In this document: positions 29,641 through 43,700 of the stretch, piece after piece
Position numbering within the stretch: the first letter of the stretch is position 1
How the letters are laid out: the number at the start of each line of letters is the position of its first letter
Origin: Lama glama
Taxonomy: Eukaryota
DNA length: 64,000 bases
Assembly: GCA_028534125.1 (NCBI GenBank)
Contig: CM052818.1
Span: 14,634,001-14,698,000 of the forward strand
Direction of reading: 5' to 3'
The notes under the pieces: model-generated
What the model saw: only the letters and a program-made list of their open reading frames with translations
What the model was told of the DNA's origin: nothing
Database searches by the model: none
Made by a program: the position numbers and the translations under genes

Positions 29641-31829
29641 CCAGGAGTAGTGGCCATCGGTGCTGCAGTGACTAATCCACGTGAGTTTTAAGTCAATGTA
29701 TTTAACTAGTTAAGAGCCCGACTACCTTCTTCTAGCTGGTCTACATCAAGAACTTCTTCACTGGCCAGACCTACGGCCAAGGAGAATTTTATGCCTTTGG
29801 TAGGGGTAGGCGGGTCATGCTGTTAGGTGATTCAGCTCTGTTTACACTGTGTGTGTGTGGGGTGGGGGTGTGTGTGAGAGAGATGGCTCCACACATGCCA
29901 CCCCTTTCGCTAGGAACCATCTTGCCTGACCTGCCTACTCACCTAGGAGTGTTCTGGTCACCTGTCACCTGACAAGCCCTAAGACCTCAAACTTCACGTG
30001 CTGCTCTTCCAATCTGGAAACGGCAGAAATAAGAATTCTCCTAGCCAAAAAGTAATTAGTCACAGATTTTTACACAATTTTATGTCTAATTAGTGTGGAT
30101 ATGATTGGGATGAGACATAATTTTTTACTCACCCTTAGTGTGAAAAAGAACCACATAATCAAACAGTACCCATTAATTCAATATGTATTTAAGTAGCACT
30201 GTATGCAAGATATATTCTAGATACTGGAGTGAGTATGTAGATACTTACAATGCTTTCCTTCCCTTAGTGACTTAACAGTCTAAGAAAAGTTTGAATAATA
30301 ATATAAAAAGGCAGAATATGCTGTGCACTGTGATTCTATAAAGGGAGAGAGAGGAACTAGGGGGTTAAATTCTGGCCATTTCTTAGGGATATCTTTTTGA
30401 CAGCATTGGCATTTGGGCTCAGTTTTAAAGAAAATATTATTCAATTTTTCAAATGGGAATGCCACTTTAAGCATGACAGGAAACCAAAAAGCATAAGAAA
30501 TATTGACAGTGTTAACTATTAAAATGTAATACTTTTGAATCATCAAAAAAATGTCTTAAGCAAAGCCAAAACAACAAACTGGAAAACTTATTTGCATTTT
30601 TCTTTATATACAAAGAGCACTTAAAAATCAATGTAAAAGATGGCCACCCAATAGAAAAATGGACGAAAACTATAAAATGGACAATAAATATATTCTCACT
30701 CTTACTCCTAATTTAAAAATAGAAATAATGAAACACCATCTGTTACTTAGGAAACGTCAAAGATTGGAAAGTTTGAAGTGGCAAGTTAGTGTAACCTTCA
30801 CTGAGTATGTCTGTTTTCAGCACAACCTGTATCTTTGCACCTGTAAGATCCTCCACTCTTGAGTATGAAACTCTGCCTTGCGCCTGGAGGACAGCTGTAC
30901 CCCAATGTTGGGTGGGGAATAACTGCTTACTAAATTTTGAGTTAGTCCTCCTATTTTTAACCCCATCTTTCTGCCCACTTCTATCGCCCTGAGCTTTGGC
31001 GGGCTTCCACAGTGTTAAATAGGCCATTTCTCTGCTCCCCCCACTGCAGGTTTATAATGTAGGTCTGCGTTACCACTAGATCATCTGTTTCCTATTTGCC
31101 AAAGTTTTGTTGCTATAGTTTTCTCCCCCATTCTTGGTTCTTACAGGCTTTTACACCTTTTTAAGAATCCACTTTATTCATACTTAAGTAGGATGTAGGA
31201 AGGAACAGAGTAAATGCATTTGTTCAAAATGTAACCATCTTTAAAAGTATGACTTTATCCTATATATTTAAATCTTTAATCCATTTGGAATGGTGTGATT
31301 GCATCATATGAAAAAGATGACTTAGTTTTGATGGCTAGACATTTTTCCCAGCACAACTATGATTGATACTAAAACTGTATACATGCCTGAATCTACATCC
31401 TAGGTATTCTGTTTCGCTTCATTGATAGTTTGGTACTGGCTTAGGGATTAACCAAAGACAATGATCATAGCCTGAGAATATATTTTCATGTCCTGCAGTC
31501 CCTACACCCCCCTAACACCTCATTATTCTATTTCTGAATGTCCCTGTCTCAGTCTACTAGATTTTAGCATAATTCTGACCAATCCCTTCAAATCTCCTTT
31601 TAAATCTTAAAATAATTTGGAGAGAACTGACATTCTATCAACATTGACTCTTGCCATCAAGAGTAACAATTTTGTCTACTTTTGTTCACGTCTTTATGCT
31701 CCTCATTAAAATGCAGGTCCTGTATATTTCTTGGTGAGTTTATAATTAGGTATGTTCTATTTTTCTTGCTATTTTGAACAAGATGCTTTTTAATCCATGT
31801 TTTTAAACGGGTATAGAGGGAAACGACTG

Positions 31830-32329
31830 NNNNNNNNNNNNNNNNNNNNNNNNNNNNNNNNNNNNNNNNNNNNNNNNNNNNNNNNNNNNNNNNNNNNNNN
31901 NNNNNNNNNNNNNNNNNNNNNNNNNNNNNNNNNNNNNNNNNNNNNNNNNNNNNNNNNNNNNNNNNNNNNNNNNNNNNNNNNNNNNNNNNNNNNNNNNNNN
32001 NNNNNNNNNNNNNNNNNNNNNNNNNNNNNNNNNNNNNNNNNNNNNNNNNNNNNNNNNNNNNNNNNNNNNNNNNNNNNNNNNNNNNNNNNNNNNNNNNNNN
32101 NNNNNNNNNNNNNNNNNNNNNNNNNNNNNNNNNNNNNNNNNNNNNNNNNNNNNNNNNNNNNNNNNNNNNNNNNNNNNNNNNNNNNNNNNNNNNNNNNNNN
32201 NNNNNNNNNNNNNNNNNNNNNNNNNNNNNNNNNNNNNNNNNNNNNNNNNNNNNNNNNNNNNNNNNNNNNNNNNNNNNNNNNNNNNNNNNNNNNNNNNNNN
32301 NNNNNNNNNNNNNNNNNNNNNNNNNNNNN
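31830..32329. other. Assembly gap (500 N)
   Basis: Run of N; placeholder size. Confidence 0.99.
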
Positions 32330-33754
32330 TAGCTCCAGCATCTAGTAGGATGCCCGGTGATAGTGGGCACTCAAGGAATACTGACTGAGAGAAGTGGGTC
32401 GCGGACACCTGCCTGCCTTCCTCAGGGCTACAGCTTCCACCCAGGAGAGGAAGGGCTGTTTCTAGGGTCCTACACTGTGCACACACAGAAAGGAACCCTC
32501 AGTGTGATCTGTTAACTGTTTCATTTTATCTCACACAAAGCAAAACTTTCGAAGTATACTTCTTAGACTCTCTGAAAGGTGAAGAAGTCGTTGCTTCTAG
32601 TACAGAGAGAGTAAATGTTTTATTCATGGCAGCTCTCTAGGAAATAACTCAAATAATAACATTCAATCTCAAAGGAAGTTGGAGGCCTACGGATCTGACC
32701 TAATACCCTGAGTATAAGCATGTATCCAAGTTTATCTGAAGAATCTGTCCACTTATTTTGCCAGCCCCCAAATTTTACTGTGTTTCTTGTGATTATGAGT
32801 TGACTCATGACAGAAATAAACATGGTAACTGATGTCACTTGGAGTTCAGGGTGACTATGACACCACCACCAGGGGGTCAGATCTATCCTGCAAACCCAGT
32901 CACTTGGCATGCCGCCAGCTCAGTCAAGTTCAGCGCCTGGTTGATTGATAATCACAATATGCATGAGCATGTACAAATAAAAATCCTTAGACATTTTTCT
33001 TAGTATCCCAAAGGTGTACAGAGATCTACTATTTGTTGATTTGTTGCATTAATTCAGGATTTCTAAGCTTTTTAAAGAGAAGAATCCCTTCCTCCAGTAT
33101 AATCTTGCACAAAAGCTTAATGCTTAAAGCAGGAGTTAAGTGCTTCTCTGAAACAAGGGAATGGTTGGGGGATGGGGGTGTTTAGAACCTCCCCCTCAGG
33201 CCTCTCTCCTTCCCCAACTGCACTTTAGGCACCACTGGGGAATCCCAAGGGCTCTGAAGAGCTCAGTTTGAAAATGTGTCTATTAACCTATCACTGAGCA
33301 AGGATACAGGAGGAGTGGAATGTATGGAGAACCCATCACACTCAGAGGTGGAAATCAACATAGGACTATCTTCTCTATAACTCAAGTCAGTGTTTCCTAC
33401 AAAATGTAGTAAGCTCCTGCCATGGTTAAAAAAAAAAATCCCATTTAACTAATGTCATTCTCTGAGATAAAGAGGTGAAATTAAAGCACTAGAAAGCCGA
33501 TACTGTTAATAATTCATAGCAGTTCTACTTCCTGGGACTAAAGTGGGGCAGCATAATCCTTCCGTTCAGATCTCTGCAGCACCAGTATAAAATGTAGACC
33601 AGAGCAAGAAAGCAGACAGCCGGAAAAGACAGCTAATGAATTAAAAGCTAACGTGGTGCCTGCTGGAAAATATTGAGTTGCCTGCTCATTTCAAGCTTTC
33701 AAACAAGCATTAATAATGGAAGGATAGGATATAATATTTTTGCTATTCTCCTTT

Positions 33755-34407
33755 TGTTGCCGATAGATGCAACTGGTGTTCCAGGTTCTTGTCCCATCCC
33801 AGAAAGAATTAAGAGACAAGACTTAGAGGTTAGAAAAAGGTAAAGTGAAGATCTATTAAAGGATGGATAGTACACTCTCAGGGGAGAGCGGGCAGGCTCA
33901 GGTGAGTGGCTGCCCTGAGTTTCTTTGGCAAGTTAGTTACATAGGGTGTAAAAATGAATGGGCGGAATATTCATTGAGGAGGGAAGGGTTTGGGGTCATA
34001 TTCCCTGATTATCATCCCAACTCCACCTTCCCAAAGGGAGGAGGGATTTTTGTTCTTTTTGGATGGGAAGTGTCATGGCATTGGTGCATGATGGGTACTT
34101 CTGATCTGCAAGGCTAATTTTATTGAAATGAGGGCATAATGAGCAAAAGGTTACATTCAGACACTGGAAATTCCTGCCTTTTCTCACTTTTCTTTGTTTT
34201 TCTCCAGGCCACTTGTCACCCCAAAAAGCATGATCCCTTATCAGCCCCAAGGTTCCTGCTTTTCTTTCTCTGGCCAGGGACCCCTGCTGCTCACATGATG
34301 TGTGGTGTCCTGCATTTGGCCTGTGCCCCTCCTTTCTGCCCAATTCCTGCCATTTGGTCTGTGTTCCCCTTTCTCTGCTCATATCTAGCTATCTGCCTGC
34401 TCTAACA
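33755..34407 (-). mobile_element. Solo ERV1-class LTR (653 bp)
   Basis: TGTT...AACA termini with an exact 4-bp target-site duplication cttt (33751-33754 and 34408-34411). The minus strand begins TGTTAGAGCAGGCAGATAGCTAGATATGAGCAG, resembling ERV1 LTR starts; orientation is inferred. Confidence 0.8.
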
Positions 34408-35107
34408 CTTTCTTTAGCAAGCTTTCTTACTCAGTTACATGTAGACAGATAATACCATGTACTTCTTTATTCTCAATACAAGCATGTTAAAGGTATTTTG
34501 ATATAATGTCCAAAGTTTCTGTTAGATATGTAGCCCATGATTAGTGAAGAGTTCAGTGATTATTGAGGGAATCCCAGGACATCCATAATTCTGCTGAGAT
34601 CAGATTCCTCATCTTTAAAATGGGATAATACTCACTTCAATGAGTTATCCAAAGGATTAGAGTTGATAAGAAGATTAAAGAAGAGCATCTGTGTTAAGCA
34701 TTTAACACTATCTAGAAAATAGTAAGCACACATATTTTTAGCTCTTGTATCAGTCAGGGTGCAGTAGCAGGTAATGAAAACCACCTTAGTTATTTCACAA
34801 TGGATATAATATAGGGAATTAGGTTCTTACAAAATCACTGGAAGGGCTAGAAGAATGGATTTGGATGGGCCTATTGGAGTAACTCTAGAATTGGCTGCTG
34901 ACGTATAAAATGTTAAAACTGTGATTCTCATGCAAATATACAATTTATGTCAAAGATTTCTATTCAACACATTAATTCAACACAACCTGGAAGATGTTAT
35001 GTCTAGTTCAAAGGAGAATATAGACACACACACATATTCATGCATACAATCAGGAATGCTGAACTCAACTTGCTAATAGATGCAAAACTAGTTAAAATTC
35101 ATTGGGT

Positions 35108-35405
35108 AGAACTGTCCAATAGTACTGTTATGTGAGCCTCAAGTGTAATTTAAAATTTTTGAGGGGCCACATTAAAAAGATAAAAATAAATGGGTGAAAT
35201 TAATTTTAACAATATATTGTACTTAGTTCAATATATCCAAAATATTAAGATGTAATCCATATAAATAAGATGAATGAGATTTCACATACTTTTTTATATC
35301 GAGTCTGAAATCTGCAGTGTGTTTTACACTTACAACACATCTGCATTCAAACTTGCCACAGATGCTCAACAGCAGCATGTGGCTAGTGGTTCCTACATTA
35401 GTGTA
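35108..35405. mobile_element. MER33-like hAT-Charlie DNA transposon fossil
   Basis: ctgtccaatag start, aatttaaaattttt..gccacattaaaaaga core, gcatgtggctagtggttcctacatta end. Confidence 0.65.
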
Positions 35406-38400
35406 ATTTTAGGGCAATGAAAAAGGAAGGTTTGGGATTATCTCTTTTAGGGCAAAAGTCGACTGCATATCAGAAATTTGTTTTGCTAGAGACAAAAAGT
35501 ATTTGCATTTGTGTTGTTTGCTGCAAGTAAATTTCTACCTTAATGTGGTTGTAAAATAGCCTGGTCAACAGGAAATTGGTCAAAGGTGCACATCCGTATA
35601 GAATTCTAAAAATTCCTGAAAGTTCCATTAGACAATACCCAGAACCTCCCTGAAAGACACCCTCTAATCTCCATTTTCAAGCCTTGGACAATTTTTTTCT
35701 GAGAGGCGCGTTAGAGGAACTGCCAGGAATCAGGAGGCTGCCACATTTATGAACACACTACCCTAACCACAGTCCAAGAGTCAGGAAGCCCCTCCCAGCA
35801 TTGTTGGCTCCAGAGCCAGGTAATGTCTGCTCTATCCTCACCCCAGCTAAATGGATGACTCAGGCCCAGCTGCTTCTCTCCTCACCCACCTTGGTTCCAA
35901 ATTCAAACTTCACATGAGGACTCGCATTTGAAACTACCTGCAAGAGAGTCTGAGAAACATAGCTCCTGGCTCTCCAGAGCCTGCAGTAAAGGAAAGACAC
36001 CAGAAGGTGTTTGGAACAGAGGTTGAGCAAGGCAACATACCATGTCTACCCCTGTTACTATTCAGTTTACAACGACTTCGTGAAACTCTACAGTGTGGGA
36101 TGCCGGAGATCAGAGGTATTTTTTTCCTGGTCTGTATGATAGCAACACTTTTGTGAACTCTCTCAGACCTGGAGTTCTTCTCAGCACTAGAACAGAATCC
36201 CAAGAAACACTAACATTGAAGGGTCAGGTGGAAAAGAAGTAGATGGGGGACCAGAGAAGGAATGACCAGAGAAGAGAGAAATAACCACAAAGTGCGGCGA
36301 TAGCAAAACTAAGGACACAGTAATATTAAGAAGGAAAGAGAAGTTGACTTCCAAATGCTGCTAAGACCCAAGTAAAATCTGAAATGAAGAGTGCTGTGGG
36401 GACCTTAGCAAGTTTCAACAACGTGGCTGGGGTGGAAGCCCAATGAGGATGGTTTTAGGAGACAGCAAGAACAGATCAAGCTCTTGAGCTGTCTAACTGA
36501 AGGAGCAGCTTTACACAACTTCTAAGGTTCTTGGCAAGCCAAGCCTCCCTCAAGGCTGAATCCAGTGCTTTCCAGTATTTACAAACGTCTTGTCTCAGAA
36601 CAATCTTGGGGAGGGTTGCTTTAAGGACACATGGCCTAGGATGTTTTCTATTCTGAATATGCTAAAACCTCCTCCTACATGGAGCCAAAGGAGAAGGCAG
36701 TTGGCCAGACTCACTGTGACCTCTCCACCTCCCAGCAAAATGCTCATAAGCAGATTGAGTTTGGGGGGTGATGCCATTAGCTGATAGAAGGACTACTAGA
36801 TTTTAGAGCCAAACTGTGACCCACCCAGAGTGGAGGCCATTATTTTAGACATTTTTAAAAGCCTTGTTCCTGGCTCTATTTTATGTCCCCACCCTTGTTT
36901 TTTTTATACTCTTTCACTTTTAAATGTGAAAAACTAAACTTGTTAGTTTTATGCAGCCTTACAAATCGCTTTAAATCATATTGGGAACAAAGTGAGGTGA
37001 GAGTTTTATTCTGCTTTCTTTTTCTTCTTGAGACTGTTTCCTTGATTTTTATAAAGGAGATTATTGGAAGCGGATGTGGAGATTTAGTTCCAGTTTTTTT
37101 CGACTTAGCTAGATACCTTTTCCATTACAGCGAGACATGCGTCGTTCTGAGGCCATAAAAACCATGTATCTACAAGGCAGCCGGCTCCGCAGCCACCCTC
37201 CTGACTCGGGCCTTGAACATGGGGACTGAGAGCTCTCAGCCGCGACCTCGGGGACCAGGGCAGCTACGGGCAGGATCCAGCCTCCCGTGCGCCCGGTGCT
37301 GATGCGGCCCGCGTAGCGCTTTGCTGCGGCTGCGGGGGGAGGAGCCTAGCAGAGATGCCCGCGCTGGCTTTAAAGACGAATTCACAAAGCCTCTCCCCGA
37401 CAGTCACTTTGAAATAATTTGTGCAGACTTGAATCAAAAGAACACTTCGAAGGCAGTATGGAGAGGCAGCTAATGACAAGTACCACAGATAAAACAGGAG
37501 ATTTGATAGGTGGAAAATCAGAAAAATTAGACTAATGGAAGGAAGACTGTTGGGCTGTGTTTCAAAGGGATCCTCTGAGACAGAGCTCACTGCACTACGT
37601 GTTGTTAACCCTGAAGATGCAGGCTTTCAGTATACCGGTAACTATCTGACAAGAAAATGAAAATAGTCAAACTCTTCTTTATGGATATGTCTCATGGTTG
37701 GGAAGTGGCTTATGTTTTGAACTTCCAAGGGTTTAAAAAAATATCTTAAGATTCTGATCTTCCCCTAGGAAGGTGTTTTATCTTTAAATGTAAGCCTGTG
37801 ACTCCATTCATATGGAAGTTCATGATAGGAGGTAAGAACACCATTTCAGCTCATAAGTGGTGTCACCCTGATAATAAATTTAAATAGTAACTGCTTGTTG
37901 GATGACTTAAATTAGATTTCGTTATGAAAAATACAACAATTTTAACAGCTAGATTAATCTTAAATAAAAGGACATCAGTATATCCAAGTTACCTATCTAG
38001 GTGGGAAGAGGGAAGGAGTAGAAGTGAAAAGAGAAAAGGATTTAATGGAAGAGTTGACATACATGTAATGAGCCCCCTCCTCTAAGGTAAAATTCTACAT
38101 AATTTGAATATTGCATTCTAAAATGTGCTTATTTCTCTGAAGCCATTAATAGACTGATTAAAGAACGTCTCCTACTAGACTCAAAATGCAAGTTAATTAA
38201 CTCCATCTCCCTCTTTTGAATTGAAAGCTACTTATATAGTAAACGGCTGTCATACTTAGTTTTCAAAATGACTCTCAGATGAGGCCATTCAAACCAAGCA
38301 TATAAAGCCAGACTCACCAGAGTGATGTTTGTATCTGAACAGAATTAAAAGTCTGAAGTCGCAGAAGTATATACCATGAAGCTAAAGCCAGAACATGCGT

Positions 38401-40564
38401 CCTGCTGTGGAAGAAACCAGACTCCCTGACACCGGGTCTAGAAAGTATTGTTGGATGTGATAATCATCCTGATGAAGACTGTTTGGGAGCCTCTTCTAAT
38501 CACACTATTTCCTGCTACAGCTGAACTTCCATCAAAGAGAAAAAGAAACTAGCTGTCTCCTATAGAATCCTACGAGGCATCATTACATTGGTGGAGACGC
38601 CAACAGCCTTCAGTAGTCTAGGGAACTGATCTTAAAAGCTTTCTATGAAATGATCAAATTCAGGGGAACACATGGATGCTAACCAAATTCATAGGAGTTC
38701 AGTTTATAAAATACAATACTATGTATTCATTTATACTGGGTGCTGTATTGGCCAACATATCATCCATTTATATAAGAATTTTCTGACTAGGGAAGCACAC
38801 TAATGAGAGAAAATACAATAGATTGTTCTTTCTCCAGTTTAGGCATATTTTGGTCTAGAATATATACAATGATAAAACCCTCTTCCCTAGAAGGCAGTGA
38901 AATGGTGATACCGATCTCCTTTTAAAAAAAACTCTACACAACCCACTGCTTTGCACTTAACACATCATTGCCTCACACAGGTTACTGAGCTGATGGTTTT
39001 CTTTACAGTTGCTTTGTTCCTGTCCTGAGGACACTCTCTGGACACCTGGATTTATACTGAAACATATTCCAGTACGTCCTTGTTTCTAGGGCGGAGACAA
39101 AGAAAAACCTATCACTCATTGTATGGTGTTTACAAGCCATATCTTAAGGCTATATTTTAGTGTAGGCCTATCATATAAAACTACTCAAGCCAGCACATTC
39201 TAGAAAAGGTAGTTGTTGAACAAATTTGTATAAAAGCAAATTATCTTTTCTACCAGCTTTATACTTTTAGTGACTGACATAAAAGAAAAGTTTTCTTTCA
39301 CTTGCAAAATATTTCCAGTTGTCAGTAAGTGAAAGGAGGATTGATCTGAGAGACAGAAGGTTACCAGAAACCTCCAAATCACTAAATTCAAAGCATCATA
39401 TACTTTTTGCCCTCATCTTGATATTTCTCCTTCTCCCCACCTACATTTCTGGGACACCACTTTTCGTCTTCCTCCTCTGTCTCCAGGGGCTCCTCCTCAG
39501 CGGGAGTTCCTCTTTCTTTGTTCAGTCCTTACTTTGGTGATCTCTATGTTTCTGCTCTTAATCCCTTGTCTTCATCGCTACTCTTGGAATGATTTTATCT
39601 AAACCTTGACTTAGCACAAAAGCTCCAGATTCATATAATCTACTGTGTACTGAGTCTCCCCATTTGATTGACCATACCCACTTCCACCCAACCCCCCAAC
39701 TCCCGTGCCCACCGGCACGTCCCTCTTCCAATGTTATCTTCCTCCTATATTCTGAAATTGGACAGAACCTGGGAAGTCAGACTCTCAACATCTGTGCACA
39801 ATCAACCATGTCCCATTAATTCTAACCATCTTTCATCTCTCTTCCATCCTTATTACACTGGATTTACATCAGGCTCTTGTCTGTTTGCCAGGAACACAGG
39901 TCGAGATTGGCTCTGAAGCTGGGGGCCATTACTTAGGAAGGCAACACATCTCAAATCTTTTCATTGCACCTGCTATCAATAGTAATTGGCTTGGGACAGC
40001 TCCTATGTTGGGGGGGGGTGTCTTGGTTAGGAATAGAAAATAAGTCACAACATTTGCATTTTGTCTTCACAATACTTGACGTTTATCTTAAAATAGCCAT
40101 AGAAGATGAGGTGGCAAATGCAAACCAGGGAGCACGTAGTTATTAGGCATCTATTTTGTAACCTGTGCCAGACATCTGGGCTCCAAAGACAAATATGGCA
40201 TAGTCCCTACCCCCAGTGCACTCAGTCTAGTGGGAAAAGCCAATGATTACAATTATCAATTACATGATAAATTTGATGAAGGAATGTGTGAAGTGTTGTG
40301 TGAGGACAGGAGAGTGTTTTCATTCTGTCCTCACTGCCGTTAGCCTGGAAGATAGTGAAGGAGGGAGTGCCTCCCTTCCTGAGAAAGTGGAGTAGGGCTT
40401 CCAGAAGATACAAAAATGCACCCCATCTTATAGAAATTTCAAGAGATTATAGCTCAGGATCCTGACACTGGGGATCTGCGGAATTCTGCCAGCTCTGTTC
40501 TCAAGTTACTCACCTATTTGATTCCTACTTTCCACATCTCTAAAATGAAAAGGTTGGTTTAAAT

Positions 40565-40779
40565 CAGAGGTTGGCAAACTTTTTCTATCTAGGGCCAGAT
40601 AATAAATGTTTTAGGCTCTGTGGTCTTATAGTCTGTCAGAATGATTCAACTCTGCTTTTGGAGCACAAAAGCAGCCTTAGTACCGCAACAGATGGACCTG
40701 ACTATTACAATACAACTTTATTTCCACAAACAAGCAGTGGGCTGTATTTGGCCCGTGGGATGTAGTTTGCCAATCCCTG
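40565..40779. mobile_element. MER58A-like hAT-Charlie DNA transposon fossil
   Basis: Terminal inverted repeats cagaggttggcaaact ... agtttgccaatccctg, and core agggccagataataaatgttttaggctctgtgg. Confidence 0.8.
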
Positions 40780-43700
40780 GTCTAAACGATCTCCAAGATG
40801 CCTTCCAGATTTACCAATCCATTGGTTCCTGAAATAGCAGCTCTCAACTACTTGCTATGCTTCATACTGGTTTTTGAATTTACGTTTGTTGTGGCTAGTT
40901 AGCTCAGTAAGTGTGAACATGAAATTTCAAATGATAAGATTTGGGGTTTGATTGATTATGGGTCAGTTACTTTCTCTGATCCATGACCACACACCACAGA
41001 ATTCAACAAATTCATACTGCTTGGAGCCACATCAAGCGTTGTGATTGGGCATAGGCTATCCTTTCCTGCTTCTTGCACGTGCATCCCTAATGATGGTGAA
41101 GGAGCATCCTCTTTACATATGGACCAACATCACTGAATTCATTTCAAAAGAGAAACTTATTAAAAAAAAAAAACCTTGTCACTATAATGGCAGGCACTGG
41201 GGAATCTGTAGGTAAGCAGAAGTGTCTCATCATCTTACAATAAATCAAATTGATTTTTATGCTACTAAGCACAAGAATGCTACAGAAGCATGCTGCTATG
41301 CATATAAGCTAAAGCAGAATCAGAAAACTATGGCACGAATGCCAACAATCTTCCCCCTTCTTCCCGTAGTAGACACTGCTAATCAATCCCAGACCTCTCC
41401 CCTACAGGTCCTGCATGTGTTCTCACAATTCTTCCCAATACATTGAATCAGGAAGCTATACTAAGTTGACCGGCTAGGTTAAAGCAGTTGTCACATTGCA
41501 ACAAAAGTTACTATGCCTTATTTTTCCTTTCACTTTCCATCCCTACCACCAGGTTACTCTTAATTTAAAAGATAGGCATATAATACTGGATGCAGCGGCT
41601 ATAAAATTCAACAATACAAAAATGAAGATCATATCAATCTCATATGTAGATAGGAGCATAAATCAGCAAAAACCTTTTACAGAGAAAAAATTGGCATTGT
41701 TAAGGGCCTTAAAATGTACATGCAAGGTGGGTAGTTGGGGCTTCATTATATTATGTTACTTTCTGAAGTCTTCTGTAATAAAAAGTTTTAAAAGTGTCCA
41801 ATGAAGATAAAATTATAGTAGCTGATAAGTGACTTAAAAGTAAAGTCTAAAGTGGTAATACAGAACTGAAATAACTCAATGGTGCCTTATTGTAGAAAGT
41901 TGTCTGCCTATGATTATCTAGCATATAAAATTATAAAACAAATTTCACTATTGAAGCCATTTTATTAATTTCTTAATATGTATATACTAAGTAATTTATA
42001 TGTATAAGCTTATAAATGTATGAAATATACAATTTGCAGAACAATGTGTTCTGCAAAAACAAATGAAAGTACTAAAAGTAGTAGCTGCCTCCCAGGAGGG
42101 AGAAGAATATTTAAAGGAAAGGAGAGGACGGTGGCTTACTTTTCACTGATTATCCTATTGTTCCTTTTGAATTTTTGTACATCTTGCATGTTTGCCTAAT
42201 TAGATTAATAAAATGTGACTCAGTGATTCTAGTCTGAAAAATTTATCCTAAGGTATCACTGATGATGTAGGTAAAGATTTTGCCTGAATGATGTTCATTG
42301 TATGTAACAGGAAAATAGTTTAAGCAATTTAAATGTCCAATAATTAGGATTTGGTTAAATAAGTTACTGTATTTCCATATAAAGGAATAATAGCCATTAA
42401 AAACATGAAGATGAATTTTTACTAATTAAGATGCTTGTAATATGGCATTAAGTTTTTAAAAGCAAGTTGCAAAACAAGATGTATAGTATGACCTCACTTT
42501 TATAAGTAAATATATAGAGACAGAAAAGTATTTGAAAGACGTACCAAGTGGTAGCAGTGGTTATCTCCTGAAATACGGGTTACTTTCTTTCCTTTTTTCT
42601 TTGCTTGTTTTCAAATTATTTTCAAAATTCTGTAATGACTATGTATCAATTCTAAATTAGTTAAGATTATGAAAGTGTTTGAAAAATGCCTAAGGAACTA
42701 GAAACAATAATTCTTTTTTTCCCTATGGCAAAGAACAATCTGAATATAGATCAAAATGTAAAATTTGGCTTTTGTGATCAAAATCAAAGTTATTAATGAA
42801 TGCTGAAATTTTATTGGCTTTCTTGCTGGGAAGTGATGACATCCAGAATTAAATACGATATAATATTTACCAATGGTATTAAGTCTTTTCAATAGGTTTA
42901 GTAACTCCAACATGGTAATTCAAGGAACAATTTTTCCTCATGTGTAAATAAGTTTTATACTACTGAAAACTGTTAGGCGAACTTACTTATGGTATGTTAT
43001 TAACAAAAAGAGAATGGTGGCTGAAATACCTGAACTAACAACGTGGAGACAACAGACAGAGTGGGAGACTCCTACGGATTAATATGGGTCATGGAGCCAT
43101 GACTAGATGGTGAAGTGTCTTGTACAGCTTGCTAACGATATGGATGTTTTTCTGTAAAGACACAGACCGAGTTGTATTTCTGAATGAAAAGTCAAGGTGT
43201 CCACAGAGGATAGATTAGAGGGAGTAAATATTAAACAGAGTACACCTAAGGCATTTATAATTTCTTTGAAGTAATTTCTCCTAACAAGGATAGAAAGGGC
43301 GAACATGTAAGCTATTTTAGTTTCATCTTCATTTTTTTTCCCAGCAAAAGATATGTATGATACAGAAATATAAAACCCATAGCAATTGCTACATAAACTA
43401 CTATAAAATATAGATATGCTTAATGTTGTATTTTATTGTTTGACTAAATATTAACTGATAAGAAATTACATTAAATTGGAACTTATTTTGTCCTTATCAA
43501 ATACACTATTAGGCAAACCAGGTAGGGCTTGGATGTTCATTACAAGTTGGCACATGACATTCCAAATTCTCCTAAATGGAGTTCACTTAATATGTTAGGT
43601 TCTATAAACTTGCTTAATCACTTCTCAGAGCTTGATGTTCCTTAGAAAGAGGATTGTTAAATACCTGCAAAGCAGAGCTACAGTCTGAGAGGTCTCAACT

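Noticed and set aside
38318..38520. Possible cryptic minus-strand exon of ACYP2 (pyrimidine tract...ttcag acceptor; CTG|GTGAGTC donor)
   Set aside because: In the ACYP2 frame it hits a stop within five codons, it resembles no protein I know, and such site pairs are common by chance. It cannot be supported without RNA data.
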